This document shows positions 39,744 to 50,458 of a DNA stretch of 64,000 bases, piece by piece. The position numbers were made by a program, and so were the translations under genes. The notes below the pieces were generated by a model. The model had not been told where the DNA came from and ran no database searches. It saw nothing but the letters and a program-made list of their open reading frames with translations. Position 1 is the stretch's first letter, and the number at the start of each line of letters is the position of its first letter. The DNA is from a virus (lineage: Duplodnaviria; Caudoviricetes). The stretch lies in the IMG/VR virus record IMGVR_UViG_3300009108_000480; one strand, given 5' to 3'.

Positions 39744-40172
39744 TTAAGTTATTAAATCTAAAATAGTTTGGAGTTTACCTTTAATTGCTTTATTATTGAG
39801 CGTATTTCGTAACCCTGCGTGTAAATTTTTTGGCCAACACTCAAAATTACACCAACAATATCCTGAATGCTCTTTATTTAATTTTGCTACAAATTCATTT
39901 TCAACTGCAATAAGATATGTATTAAAATAAAACTGTTGATCATTTGATGTAAACAATTCTAATGGAATTACTTTTTTAAATGTAGGTGGGTGACCAATTT
40001 CTTCTGTAATTTCTCTTTTTAAACCTTCAAATGCAGATTCAGTATAACGTGCTCGTCCACCAACTAAACCCCACATACCCCTAGTTTTAAAATCGGTTCT
40101 TTGTAATAAAAGAAAACGTTTAGTTGACGTTGCATAGAATAACGCACCTGAACAAATAATATTCTTTTCCAT
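39744..40172 (-). CDS. NUDIX hydrolase
   Basis: Nudix box G-RARYT-E-SAFEGLK-REITEEIG. Confidence 0.9.
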   Translation of the reverse strand: MEKNIICSGALFYATSTKRFLLLQRTDFKTRGMWGLVGGRARYTESAFEGLKREITEEIGHPPTFKKVIPLELFTSNDQQFYFNTYLIAVENEFVAKLNKEHSGYCWCNFECWPKNLHAGLRNTLNNKAIKGKLQTILDLIT

Positions 40173-40202
40173 AACTTATTATAACAATTTAACTTAAATT
40201 AA

Positions 40203-41648
40203 TCAAGGAGTTGTTGCATCTGCACTAGGATCATAACCAGTATTTCCGCCACCATCTATTATAATAGACCATTTACCAGCAGTATAAATTCCTTCATATG
40301 ATTTTACCCATTCCGTACCATTAAAACGATATTGAATTCCGGTGTTTACATTAGTAACATAATGTTGCGTTGAATCTGGATTTGATGAATCAAAAACTTT
40401 TAACCATTTGCTTTGAGAAGTATTATATTCAATAATATCACCTACTGAAGCAATTAATGTTCCCCAAGTTGAACTTTGTACTGTTGCAGTAGAGTCACCT
40501 ATCTCATCTATAATTAAATATCTATCACCGTTTGCTGGAGTGGGTGGAGCAAATGTTGTAGGATTAATAATTTTTAAAACCGACGTTAATGTATTTGCAG
40601 GAATTGTATCAGTATCAATATTAAACAATAATATTGTATCGTCTAGTGTTGTAGTTGCAATAGTACCAATTATTTCACTTCCTGTAGGTAGTGTTAATCT
40701 TATTTGAGATAAACCATTTGTAACCGTACCATATTGATCTAACAAAACTTTCCAGTTAACAGCAGGACCAAAAGTTTCAAATGGATCAAAATTTGTTGGG
40801 GCATTAGCACCTGAATAGTATCCATCTCCGCCCGATGTTACACTCGTACCTGTACTTCCTAACAATCTTAATTGATTTCCAGTAACTAATAATCCATAAT
40901 TGTTTGGTGTTATATAACTTTTTGAAATCATAGAACCATCGATTAATCCTTTTACAATTCCGCCATCATCGTCATAAACGCTCATAATAATTTTTTGTAT
41001 TACACCTAATTTTGATACTTTAACAGGTGGAGATAACCATATAGGAATAGAAAATTGTAATGTTGCAATATCAATTTCAGTATCTGCGCCAATTGGAATT
41101 GTTCTTGAACTAAACGTTGTGCTTGTTAATTCAACATAACTTAAACTAGTCCAATCTATATAATTGTCTGTTTTTTGTATTTCAAAATCTGGATTAAAAA
41201 GATATAATATTTGTTCCATTATTTGTAATTTTTGATCTGTATTAGTTGTCCAAATATCTGCTGACACCTCTAATCTAAAAGGAGATGGCATTACTTTTTC
41301 AACTGTATAACCAGCACCTAATTGGTTATCATATTGTTTTGTAACTTCGTTATAATTTCGTTCTTTTAAATGTTGCTTTTGAATATGATAAGGATTTTGC
41401 ATTCTATCTCTTTCATAATTTAATTCTCTTACATAACAAGCAATTCTTGGTGCATATTGTAATGCGTTTTCAGAATTATTTCTAATAATATTTGCAACTT
41501 GTCTAGTTGGATCTCCATATACAACCGGTACCGCTCTTAAAGTAACTGTATCATCTTTAGCTCTTCCTGTTTCCACCGAAAAATTACTCAAAATACGAAT
41601 AAATTGAGTTATAAATTTTCTTATTTGTCCGTCGTAAAAATGTAACAT
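40203..41648 (-). CDS. gp15: tail sheath stabiliser/terminator, gp15-like
   Basis: HFYDGQIRKFI.QF...FS, PSPF.L, QIMEQIL.LFNP.FEIQ patterns. Confidence 0.8.
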   Translation of the reverse strand: MLHFYDGQIRKFITQFIRILSNFSVETGRAKDDTVTLRAVPVVYGDPTRQVANIIRNNSENALQYAPRIACYVRELNYERDRMQNPYHIQKQHLKERNYNEVTKQYDNQLGAGYTVEKVMPSPFRLEVSADIWTTNTDQKLQIMEQILYLFNPDFEIQKTDNYIDWTSLSYVELTSTTFSSRTIPIGADTEIDIATLQFSIPIWLSPPVKVSKLGVIQKIIMSVYDDDGGIVKGLIDGSMISKSYITPNNYGLLVTGNQLRLLGSTGTSVTSGGDGYYSGANAPTNFDPFETFGPAVNWKVLLDQYGTVTNGLSQIRLTLPTGSEIIGTIATTTLDDTILLFNIDTDTIPANTLTSVLKIINPTTFAPPTPANGDRYLIIDEIGDSTATVQSSTWGTLIASVGDIIEYNTSQSKWLKVFDSSNPDSTQHYVTNVNTGIQYRFNGTEWVKSYEGIYTAGKWSIIIDGGGNTGYDPSADATTP

Positions 41649-42808
41649 TAATTGTCAGCCTTTGGTTTTAATGCATCTGTTAATGATTGCCGCTGTTCTA
41701 CTGTTAATCCATTTATTGTAGTTGAGCTTGACTGATTAACAAATTTAGTTTTCCAATTAGCTCTAGTATCTGTATTTGTTGTAGTTAACCTAACTGAATC
41801 TTCAATCTTAACCCATCTGATTCCGTCAAAACGAAATAATCTATTTGGTAAAAAGTCTGTTCTTAAAAAATAATCACCATCGGCATAATTGTCTGGAAAT
41901 GCTGTTCCAAATCCTGCTGGATGTCCGTTTGGTGCAACACCATCACCTCCCACATAAAAACCATAATGTGAACCTGCAGGTGTATCTACTACTGCATTTA
42001 TTGGTTTATCTGAGATTCTTTCTGTTGAATTTACATTATCGGTTCTAACATTTCCTCGTTCATCAATTGGTGTAACATAATATTGTTTAAAATTAAATCC
42101 TGATTTAGGTGAATCTGCTTCTGCTTGTGCAACTATTTGATCACTAATTTCTTTTTCTTTATTATATGTACTCATGTAACTTGCAAGAGAACCTGTATTA
42201 GTTGCATCACCAATTATATCTCTAAATTCTTGTGAATCTACTAACGTTTTCATTTTTAATCTTAATAAATGTGGCCACCAAGTTTGTGAAAATCCTTCTG
42301 CCGCTCTGTTTACATCTTCTATTACATAATATCTTTTTAATGCAATTGGAATAGATGCATCTAACGAAAAATCTTCTTTCATGTGTGGAAATTCAATAAC
42401 ATCACCTGACATTGGTTTTCTACCTATTCTTTCAACAACATCATTCATATGCACAGTTAAAAATATAGTATCATTTTGTAAAAACATACCAAATTGTGAA
42501 AGATTAAAATCTATATCTTGCACATTATAAATTCCACGAAACGTATAGATATCTGATGAGTATTTTCTATCTCTATTTTCTAAAAATAATAAGTCTTGTA
42601 TAGTAGTTTCGTTAATATTGCTCTGAGCACGTTGTGGTTGGGATGGTGATGGTGCACCATCTTTAGTCTCATCACTTTGATCATATGGTCCTAAATATTT
42701 GTGGAAATGTAAATCAGTGCCTCCAACCGTAAACATCTCTTTAATAGTACGATCAAAGAATTTATAATCATTTCCTTTTTCTGGTTTATATAGTGACAAT
42801 CTTGGCAT
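41648..42808 (-). CDS. gp14: neck protein, gp14-like
   Basis: DLLFLENRDRKY, DFNLSQFGMFL, GRKPMSGDVIEFPH. Confidence 0.75.
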   Translation of the reverse strand: MPRLSLYKPEKGNDYKFFDRTIKEMFTVGGTDLHFHKYLGPYDQSDETKDGAPSPSQPQRAQSNINETTIQDLLFLENRDRKYSSDIYTFRGIYNVQDIDFNLSQFGMFLQNDTIFLTVHMNDVVERIGRKPMSGDVIEFPHMKEDFSLDASIPIALKRYYVIEDVNRAAEGFSQTWWPHLLRLKMKTLVDSQEFRDIIGDATNTGSLASYMSTYNKEKEISDQIVAQAEADSPKSGFNFKQYYVTPIDERGNVRTDNVNSTERISDKPINAVVDTPAGSHYGFYVGGDGVAPNGHPAGFGTAFPDNYADGDYFLRTDFLPNRLFRFDGIRWVKIEDSVRLTTTNTDTRANWKTKFVNQSSSTTINGLTVEQRQSLTDALKPKADN

Positions 42809-42815
42809 ATACCTA

Positions 42816-42845
42816 TATTTATAGATAGTAAAAGAACTATAAATA
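42816..42845. promoter_or_regulatory. back-to-back late promoters
   Basis: TATAAATA on minus (42816-23) and on plus (42838-45). Confidence 0.8.
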
Positions 42846-43612
42846 TGAGTATGTCAGAACTACAAACAGGTCAACAAGAAGTATTTGAGTACGTTAAAGC
42901 AAATCTCGGCGAGGGAATGATTGACGTTGAATTAGACCCTAAACACTACCAAATAGCACTCGAAAGAGCAATTAATAGATATAGACAGCGTTCTTCAAAC
43001 GCAGTTGAGGAATCTTATGCTTTTTTAGTACTTAAAGAAAATCAAAATACTTACATTTTACCTGACGAAGTAATTAATGTTAGAAAATTATTTCGTAGAA
43101 CGGTTGGCTCTCGTACAGAAGGTGGCGAAGGTGGAACACTTTTTGAACCGTTTAATCTTGCATATACTAACACATACTTGTTAAGAGCGGGAGCAACTGG
43201 AGGTCTTGCAACTTACTATGCTTTTGCATCTTATCAAGAATTAATTGGAAAACTATTTGGAAGTTTTATTCAATTTCATTTTGACGTAGCAACTAAAAAA
43301 CTTACAATTACACAAAGACCACGTGCAGATAACGAAAGTGTTTTAATGCATACTGACAACTTTAGACCGGATATAACACTCTTTAAAGACATCTATTCAA
43401 AACCATGGATTAGAGATTACACACTAGCAATATGCAAAGTAATGTTAGGTGAAGCAAGAGGTAAATTTAATACTATTGCTGGTCCACAAGGTGGTACATC
43501 ACTTAATGGTGCTGATCTAAAACAAGGCGGATTAGCTGATATGGAAAAACTTGACCAAGAAATTAACAATTTCGCAGAAGGTGGCACACCACATAGTTTT
43601 GTTATAGGTTAA
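42845..43612 (+). CDS. gp13: neck protein, gp13-like
   Basis: LGEGMIDVELDP, WIRDYTLAICK..LGEARGKF..IAGP.GG..LNG; likely start 42851. Confidence 0.85.
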   Translation: MSMSELQTGQQEVFEYVKANLGEGMIDVELDPKHYQIALERAINRYRQRSSNAVEESYAFLVLKENQNTYILPDEVINVRKLFRRTVGSRTEGGEGGTLFEPFNLAYTNTYLLRAGATGGLATYYAFASYQELIGKLFGSFIQFHFDVATKKLTITQRPRADNESVLMHTDNFRPDITLFKDIYSKPWIRDYTLAICKVMLGEARGKFNTIAGPQGGTSLNGADLKQGGLADMEKLDQEINNFAEGGTPHSFVIG

Positions 43613-43644
43613 TTCATTATCAATTCATTTTAAATACCGATACT

Positions 43645-43845
43645 ATGCCGAAGATAAAAGTAGAAGTTACACCCGATAAACGTTATCGAAGTTATAAAGA
43701 TTTATCTTATACCGAACTAAAAGAGTTGGTAAAAAGTTTAGAGTCTGACTCCAAACGAGCCAAACAAAATCCAACATTACGAAACCAAATTCTTGGTGCT
43801 GTTATTGAAGCAAAAACAGAGATTGCAAAACGTATTATAAAATAG
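43645..43845 (+). CDS. hypothetical protein
   Basis: 66 aa with its own TTAAATA box. Confidence 0.6.
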   Translation: MPKIKVEVTPDKRYRSYKDLSYTELKELVKSLESDSKRAKQNPTLRNQILGAVIEAKTEIAKRIIK

Positions 43846-43851
43846 TATAAT
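43823..43851 (+). promoter_or_regulatory. sigma70-type promoter
   Basis: TTGCAA-N17-TATAAT, 6 nt before the dNMP kinase ATG. Confidence 0.75.
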
Positions 43852-43857
43852 CATTTA

Positions 43858-44454
43858 ATGTTAATAGGATTAGTAGGACCAATTAATTCTGGCAAGGATA
43901 CCGTTGCAGATAGATTAGTGATAAAACATGGTTATAAAAGAGATAGTTTTGCAAAAAGTTTAAAAGATGCAGTTAGCTCAATGTTTAATTGGGACAGAGA
44001 AATGTTAGAAGGTAATACTGAATCTAGTAGACATTGGCGAGAACAACCTGATAAATTTTGGAGTGAAAAAATGGGTAAAGAAGTTACACCAAGAATAATA
44101 TTACAGCAATTTGGTACTGAAATTATGCGTGGTCAAATGTATGATGGGATATGGGTTGATTCTGTTATTGGAAGATACAAAGGTGAAAAAACTGTTATTT
44201 CTGATACACGATTTCAAAACGAAATTAAAACTATTAAAGCACATGGTGGTGTAATTGTTCTTGTAAAAAGAGAAGAAATACCTACTAGAGAAGAAATGCA
44301 AAAACAAGGCGCACACCAATCTGAATGGGATTGGATTGGGTCTGATTTTGATTATATTATTGATAATACAAGTAGTTTAGAAGGATTAAATGCTCATATA
44401 GATCATTTTATTGATCAGCTACAAGGTCACCCATCTTCCAACGTAACTTCCTAA
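43858..44454 (+). CDS. deoxynucleoside monophosphate kinase (T4 gp1-like)
   Basis: GPINSGKDT P-loop, SFAKSLK, TPRIILQQFGTE, VISDTRF.NE. Confidence 0.9.
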   Translation: MLIGLVGPINSGKDTVADRLVIKHGYKRDSFAKSLKDAVSSMFNWDREMLEGNTESSRHWREQPDKFWSEKMGKEVTPRIILQQFGTEIMRGQMYDGIWVDSVIGRYKGEKTVISDTRFQNEIKTIKAHGGVIVLVKREEIPTREEMQKQGAHQSEWDWIGSDFDYIIDNTSSLEGLNAHIDHFIDQLQGHPSSNVTS

Positions 44455-44785
44455 CACTAGCTAATCGTTGACAGTTAGCACATACCGTTTTTAAATTGTG
44501 AAAAGCACAGTTATTTTTATTACCATCTACAAAAAACACATCTAGTTGTAAAGGTTCTTGTGCTTTAAATCCACATAATTCACAGTTACTTCTCTTTCTA
44601 TAACCTGAACGTTGTAATGGCGTTACACCACCTATACGAAGCTTTTTCTTTTTTCGAATACAAGTATCACATAAACTACGCCAATAAACTTTTTTTCCTC
44701 GTCTATAACCCATAGCTCTAACTTTTACTTTACACTGTTTACATAACGGCCTGGTGCCTATAAATGGTTTAATAGATCTTAACAT
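44408..44785 (-). CDS. multi-CxxC zinc-binding, degenerate HNH-like protein
   Basis: Four CxxC pairs, DGNKNN..NL.TVCANC; the HNH His position reads F. Start re-called to ATG 44785 (track start 44809). Confidence 0.6.
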   Translation of the reverse strand: MLRSIKPFIGTRPLCKQCKVKVRAMGYRRGKKVYWRSLCDTCIRKKKKLRIGGVTPLQRSGYRKRSNCELCGFKAQEPLQLDVFFVDGNKNNCAFHNLKTVCANCQRLASVRKLRWKMGDLVADQ

Positions 44786-44840
44786 TTGGTACCTATATAT
44801 AATATACAATTGTATTTACGTAACCTATATAGGTACCAAA
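44785..44840. repeat. 15-bp perfect inverted repeat flanking a late promoter
   Basis: TTTGGTACCTATATA (44785-99) and TATATAGGTACCAAA (44826-40). Confidence 0.85.
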
Positions 44841-44921
44841 ATTAGTAAAATAAAGTCATATTTTACGTAAGATGTAATAAATAGTTCTAGTAATACACGA
44901 CTTGCAAGGAGAATTGATAAT

Positions 44922-47900
44922 ATGGCATTAACATCACCAGGAGTAGAAGTTTCAGTAATAAATGAAAGTTTCTATGTACCATCAGATGCGGGTACAACAC
45001 CACTTTTTATAGTAGCATCAGGACAAGATAAAGCACCAGGATCAGGATCAGGCACGGCGGATGGAACAACAACTGCCAATGCCAACACTGCTTATCTAAT
45101 TTCATCTCAAAGAGAATTAACAGAAACCTTTGGCGATCCAAAATTTTATACAGACTCTTCATCTAATCCATTACATGGATATGAATTAAATGAATGGGGA
45201 CTACAAGCGGCATATTCTTTCTTAGGACTTGCCAACAGAGCATACGTATTACGAGCAAATGTAAACTTAACAGATTTAATCGGAAGTGCAACATCACCAA
45301 CTGCAAACCCATCAGATGGAACATATTGGTTTGACCTTGCAACTTCTAGTTTTGGACTATTTGAATGGTCACAAACAAATCAAAAATTTACAGCAAAAAC
45401 ACCAATTTTAATTACATCAGTATCTGACCTAGTTGAAAACTCTAGCACAGGTGCACCTAAAACTTCAGTAGGTTCACAAGGTGATTATGCTATAAACACA
45501 ACACACGTTTCAAACAAAATTTATTATAAAAATGCCTCAAATACTTGGGTTCATCTAGGATCAAATGCATGGCATAATTCACATCCAGTAGTTTCAGTTG
45601 CATCAGGAACAACTGTTACAGGTGGACAAACAATGTCAATTAACGGTATTACTGTAACACCTGGTGGAACAGCATTATCCGATGTTGCAACAGCTATCAA
45701 CACTGCTAATGCAGGTGGAGTTACTGCAAGTGTAAACGGCACAACAGGTAACTTAGAAATATTCCACAATGGTGGAGCATTTGGTGATTCAACTGCAGGT
45801 TTCAATACAATTAGATTTGAAGAAGGAAATGGAGTATTAGCGGCTTTAGGAATTACAGCGGCAACATACAAAGGTCCAAGATTCCAACAATCAGCACACA
45901 CTAGCAGACCAACTTGGAAAACCGCAGATCAAAACAGACCTAATGGTTCTGTTTGGGCTAAAACAACATCAGCAAATAGTGGAGCAAACATGATTGCTAA
46001 ACTTTACAGCACATCAAGTGGGGCTTTTGCAAGTGTAAGTGCACCATTATACGCAAACAATCATTCAGCAATTTACAATATAGATCCAACAAACGGTGGA
46101 ACAACTATTGCAGTTGGATCACTTTATACACAGTACAACATAACTGAACAAAGTGTAGATGGACAAGCAGATAATACACCAAATGTAGGTGATTCACAAT
46201 TATTTAGATATGAAGGTGGAACAACTAGTATTCAATCTAGAAATACTAATCCAAGTACCACAGCAGGTGAAACATTTACAGTTAGAGAATCATTAAAAAA
46301 CCAAGAAGCATTAGATACTGCTAAAACAGTTACTATGGTTTCTGGAGATGGTTCAACACTAGGTGATGCAGATGACTTTATAACAGCATTTGCGGCGGCT
46401 GGTTTTACAAACTTAACAGCAACAAAAATTACAGAAGGTGAATACACGGGTGCAATTAAAATTACACACGCATTAGGTGGTGATTTTAGAATGAATAACA
46501 CATCAGGTACTCCATTAGATGATGTTGGTTTTGGTACAGGTTCAGCACACGCATACGGAACTTATACTGCAAACAGTACAACTTTAATTGATAACTTATA
46601 TGTTACACCAACGGGTGATTCAGAAGATTCAACTGTAGGTAATGAAGTAATGGCTTCTAATTGGAAGAGATTATCTTACACAGCATCTATAAATTCACCA
46701 AGTAATGAACCAACAGATGGTACATTATGGTATGACACAAACATTGATTCAGCAGATATCATGACACATAACGGAACGACTTGGAAAGGATATGCAACTG
46801 TATATACATTAACTGATCCAAATGGTCCTCAATTTTCAGCAACAGCACCAACTACACAATCAGATGGTACTGGTCTTGTTGATAATGACTTATGGATTGA
46901 TACAAGCGATTTAGAAAATTATCCAAAACTTTACAAATATAACACTTCAGCAACATTAAGTTCAACTAATACATCTAATAATGTAGCAGTTACAACAACT
47001 GGTGCGGCGTGGGTACTAGTAGACAAAGCAGATCAAACAACAGAAGATGGTATTGTTTTTGCAGATGCTAGATGGCAAACAAGTACAGAAAAAAATGCAA
47101 ATAATAGTACACAGGCGGGAACAGCATCTTCAATTAAAAATTTATTAAGTGATAATTTCTTAGATCCAGATGCTCCAAATCCAGCTTTATATCCACAAGG
47201 TATAATGTTATGGAATACAAGACGTTCTGGTTACAATGTTAAGGAATACAAAAACAGCTATATAACAACTACAAAATATCCAAGTTCAGGATCAAATGGA
47301 TTAGGTAACATTAGATACAACAACGAATCAGTTGCAGGTTACTTTCCTGATAGATGGATTACAAAATCAACTAACAAACCTGATGGCTCTGGATGTTTTG
47401 GAAGAAAAGCACAAAGACAAGTTGTTATAAAACAATTAAAATCTGAAATAGATACTAACCAAGCAATAAGAGAAGATCAAAGAGGATTTAACGTAATTGC
47501 TTGTCCTGGTTATCCAGAAGCGATACAAAATATGATCAACTTAAACATTGATCGAAACTATACAGCATTTGTAATTGGTGATTCTCCAATGAGATTAGAA
47601 GGTACAGCAACAGCAATTCAAGATTGGGCAAATAATACTGCAGGAGCTACTGATAACGGTGAAGACGGATTAATAAGTGCAAGTGATTACTTGGGTGTAT
47701 TTTATCCATCAGGATATAGTACAGACAATTCAGGTAACAAAATTGTTGTCCCATCATCACATATGATGATTAGAACATTAGCGAACAACGATAATCTTTC
47801 ATATCCATGGTTTGCACCAGCAGGTACAAGACGTGGTGTAGTAGACAATGCAACAGCAGTTGGATATATTGACACAAGTTCAGGTGAATTTAAAACAATA

Positions 47901-48347
47901 TCTGTTACAGAGTCAATAAGAGATTCGATGCATACAGTCAAAGTTAATCCAATTACTTTCTTCTCAGGAGCAGGAATTGTTAACTTTGGTAACTTAACAA
48001 AAACATCAGCAAGTTCGGCATTAGATAGAATCAATGTTTCTAGATTAGCAGTGTATCTAAGAAGTCAATTAGACGCAATTGCTAAACCATTTATTTTTGA
48101 ACCAAATGATGAATTAACTAGAAACGAAATTAAAGGTGCAATCGAATCATTCTGTTTAGAACTAGTTGGACAAAGAGCATTATATGACTTCTTAGTAGTT
48201 TGTGATGAAACAAATAACACAGCAACAAGAATAGACAGAAACGAATTGTATGTTGATATAGCAATTGAACCAGTTAAATCAGTTGAATTTATTTACATAC
48301 CTTTAAGAATCAAAAACACAGGAGAAATAGCAAAATTAGGGAACTAA
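44922..48347 (+). CDS. gp18: tail sheath protein (enlarged, 1141 aa)
   Basis: SPGVEVSVINES N-terminus; WFAPAG..RG, RINV.RL, FIFEPND..TR, AVEFIYIP-like C-terminus. Confidence 0.95.
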   Translation: MALTSPGVEVSVINESFYVPSDAGTTPLFIVASGQDKAPGSGSGTADGTTTANANTAYLISSQRELTETFGDPKFYTDSSSNPLHGYELNEWGLQAAYSFLGLANRAYVLRANVNLTDLIGSATSPTANPSDGTYWFDLATSSFGLFEWSQTNQKFTAKTPILITSVSDLVENSSTGAPKTSVGSQGDYAINTTHVSNKIYYKNASNTWVHLGSNAWHNSHPVVSVASGTTVTGGQTMSINGITVTPGGTALSDVATAINTANAGGVTASVNGTTGNLEIFHNGGAFGDSTAGFNTIRFEEGNGVLAALGITAATYKGPRFQQSAHTSRPTWKTADQNRPNGSVWAKTTSANSGANMIAKLYSTSSGAFASVSAPLYANNHSAIYNIDPTNGGTTIAVGSLYTQYNITEQSVDGQADNTPNVGDSQLFRYEGGTTSIQSRNTNPSTTAGETFTVRESLKNQEALDTAKTVTMVSGDGSTLGDADDFITAFAAAGFTNLTATKITEGEYTGAIKITHALGGDFRMNNTSGTPLDDVGFGTGSAHAYGTYTANSTTLIDNLYVTPTGDSEDSTVGNEVMASNWKRLSYTASINSPSNEPTDGTLWYDTNIDSADIMTHNGTTWKGYATVYTLTDPNGPQFSATAPTTQSDGTGLVDNDLWIDTSDLENYPKLYKYNTSATLSSTNTSNNVAVTTTGAAWVLVDKADQTTEDGIVFADARWQTSTEKNANNSTQAGTASSIKNLLSDNFLDPDAPNPALYPQGIMLWNTRRSGYNVKEYKNSYITTTKYPSSGSNGLGNIRYNNESVAGYFPDRWITKSTNKPDGSGCFGRKAQRQVVIKQLKSEIDTNQAIREDQRGFNVIACPGYPEAIQNMINLNIDRNYTAFVIGDSPMRLEGTATAIQDWANNTAGATDNGEDGLISASDYLGVFYPSGYSTDNSGNKIVVPSSHMMIRTLANNDNLSYPWFAPAGTRRGVVDNATAVGYIDTSSGEFKTISVTESIRDSMHTVKVNPITFFSGAGIVNFGNLTKTSASSALDRINVSRLAVYLRSQLDAIAKPFIFEPNDELTRNEIKGAIESFCLELVGQRALYDFLVVCDETNNTATRIDRNELYVDIAIEPVKSVEFIYIPLRIKNTGEIAKLGN

Positions 48348-48377
48348 TTTTTGGATAAATATTAGGAGATAAAAATT

Positions 48378-49004
48378 ATGGCAATATCAACACTTTCAAA
48401 ATTTACAGTACCTTTAGCAAACGATCAAAGTTCAGCATCACAAGGCTTATTGATGCCAAAACTACAATATCGTTTTAGATGTATCCTAGAAAATTTTGGA
48501 GTATCAACACCAAGATCAGAAATTACAAAACAAGTAATGGATGTTACAAGACCAAACTTAACTTTTGATAACGTAACATTAGATGTTTACAACTCAAGAG
48601 TTTATATGGCAGGTAAACACGTTTGGGATCCAATTACAATTACAATAAGAGATGACGTTAATAATTCAGTTACTAAACTTGTTGGCGAACAAATTCAAAA
48701 ACAATTTGATTTCTTTGAACAATCAAGTGCGGCATCTGGTATTGATTACAAATTTACAACTAGAATTGAAATGCTTGACGGTGGAGGTGGATCATCTACA
48801 CCAAACGTATTAGAAACATTTGAATTATATGGTGCGTATGTTGAAAACGTAAACTATAATACACTAGCATATGCAACTTCTGATCCAGCAACAATTACAA
48901 TGTCTATAAGATACGACAACTGTATACAAACACCACAAGGTACAGGAATTGGTACAGCAGTATCAAGAACAATCGGTACACTAGCAACAGGTGGTGGACA
49001 ATAA
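48378..49004 (+). CDS. gp19: tail tube protein
   Basis: Follows the sheath; LMPKLQYRFR, GKHVWDPITITIRDD. Confidence 0.85.
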   Translation: MAISTLSKFTVPLANDQSSASQGLLMPKLQYRFRCILENFGVSTPRSEITKQVMDVTRPNLTFDNVTLDVYNSRVYMAGKHVWDPITITIRDDVNNSVTKLVGEQIQKQFDFFEQSSAASGIDYKFTTRIEMLDGGGGSSTPNVLETFELYGAYVENVNYNTLAYATSDPATITMSIRYDNCIQTPQGTGIGTAVSRTIGTLATGGGQ

Positions 49005-49030
49005 AATTTAACTTGCAATTATAATGAAAG

Positions 49031-49055
49031 AAGCGCCTTTAACGGCGCTTTTTTT
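49031..49055 (+). terminator. intrinsic terminator
   Basis: AAGCGCC/GGCGCTT stem followed by a T-run. Confidence 0.85.
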
Positions 49056-49075
49056 ATGGCTATAAATACAAGGGT

Positions 49076-50458
49076 ATGCCAAGTATTAATAGTTTTCTTA
49101 AAGGATTTCAAGACGGCCTTCCAGGAATGAAGGATTTCCGTCATGCTTCACGATTATATATTGACGATCATTTTAAACTTGCACCAAAACAAAAATTTCT
49201 CTTTCATGTAGTATTAACACTTAATGACGTTGTAACTCAAAGAAAATTTACTCCTAATGAATTAATAGAATTGAATATGCTAGTAAAAAGCTGTGAACTT
49301 CCTCGTTACAATATGAACATAGAGGAAAAAACTCAATATAATAAAAAAATGTATACAGCAACACGTATCGCATATGATCCTATAAACATTACATTTCATG
49401 ATGATCATGCTGATACTGTAAATGCTTTTTGGAAAAAATATTATGAATATAATGTTGCAGATTCAGTACATCTTAATGAAGAACTTGCAGAAAAATATGC
49501 TAAAGATGATTATTATACAACAAATAGAAAAACTACAAAGTGGGGTTTAGATACTCCTAAACAAAGTAAACTTCCATTTATAAAAAATATTGAAATTTTT
49601 GTATTACACAAACAAAGATTTACATCATTTAGATTGATTAATCCTGTTATTGGTTCATTTAATCATGACAATTTAGACCAAGCAGATGGAACTGGTATTA
49701 TGCAAAATACAATGCAAGTTTTATATGAAACTGTAAGATACAAAGCAGGAGTGGTTGGAAAATCGGCAATAACAGGATGGGCTACATTACACTATGATAA
49801 TGAGCCTTCACCTTTAAGTGTATTAGGTAAAGGTACAAATTCTCTTTTTGGTCCTGGGGGTGTTGTGGATGGCATTGGTTCTGTAATAGGTATGGCTAGA
49901 GAAGGAAATATTTTAGGTGCAATTATTGGTGCGTCAAACACATATAATAATGCTAAAAAAATGAAAAAATCAGCGGTCAAAGAAGAATTAAAAGGAATTG
50001 TTAAAGAAGGTGTTTTAGAAGTTGGCAAACAAGCAGGTACAATTACAAATCCTGTTGGTTCTTTTGCAGTTGGCGCCGTGGCGGCAACAGCACTAACTCT
50101 TGCAACTGCAAAAGGTACAGTCGATAATAAAAATCGACAAAATACAACAGTAATATCGGCTCCACAATTAGATACTGTAAATTTTCTTACACCAGATGAA
50201 TCTTATACTCTTATAACAACAAACACAACCGTAAGAGATGCAATCGCGGCAGGTATATATTATAAAGACATTGGTTCTCGAAAAGGTTTAACAGTAGCAG
50301 AAAGTGACATAGAATATTCAGGCTCTCTTGATACAACAAAAACAGTATATAGAGCTAAAGCAAATACAGATATTCGTAAACTTGTAACAGAAGGATATAT
50401 AAAAATTAATAGAGATACACAAAACGTATCTATTATAACTGAAAAGGCAAACTTATAA
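49076..50458 (+). CDS. tail tube-like / baseplate tube cap protein
   Basis: Tube-fold motifs LVKSCELPRY, YDPINITFHDD. Confidence 0.6.
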   Translation: MPSINSFLKGFQDGLPGMKDFRHASRLYIDDHFKLAPKQKFLFHVVLTLNDVVTQRKFTPNELIELNMLVKSCELPRYNMNIEEKTQYNKKMYTATRIAYDPINITFHDDHADTVNAFWKKYYEYNVADSVHLNEELAEKYAKDDYYTTNRKTTKWGLDTPKQSKLPFIKNIEIFVLHKQRFTSFRLINPVIGSFNHDNLDQADGTGIMQNTMQVLYETVRYKAGVVGKSAITGWATLHYDNEPSPLSVLGKGTNSLFGPGGVVDGIGSVIGMAREGNILGAIIGASNTYNNAKKMKKSAVKEELKGIVKEGVLEVGKQAGTITNPVGSFAVGAVAATALTLATAKGTVDNKNRQNTTVISAPQLDTVNFLTPDESYTLITTNTTVRDAIAAGIYYKDIGSRKGLTVAESDIEYSGSLDTTKTVYRAKANTDIRKLVTEGYIKINRDTQNVSIITEKANL

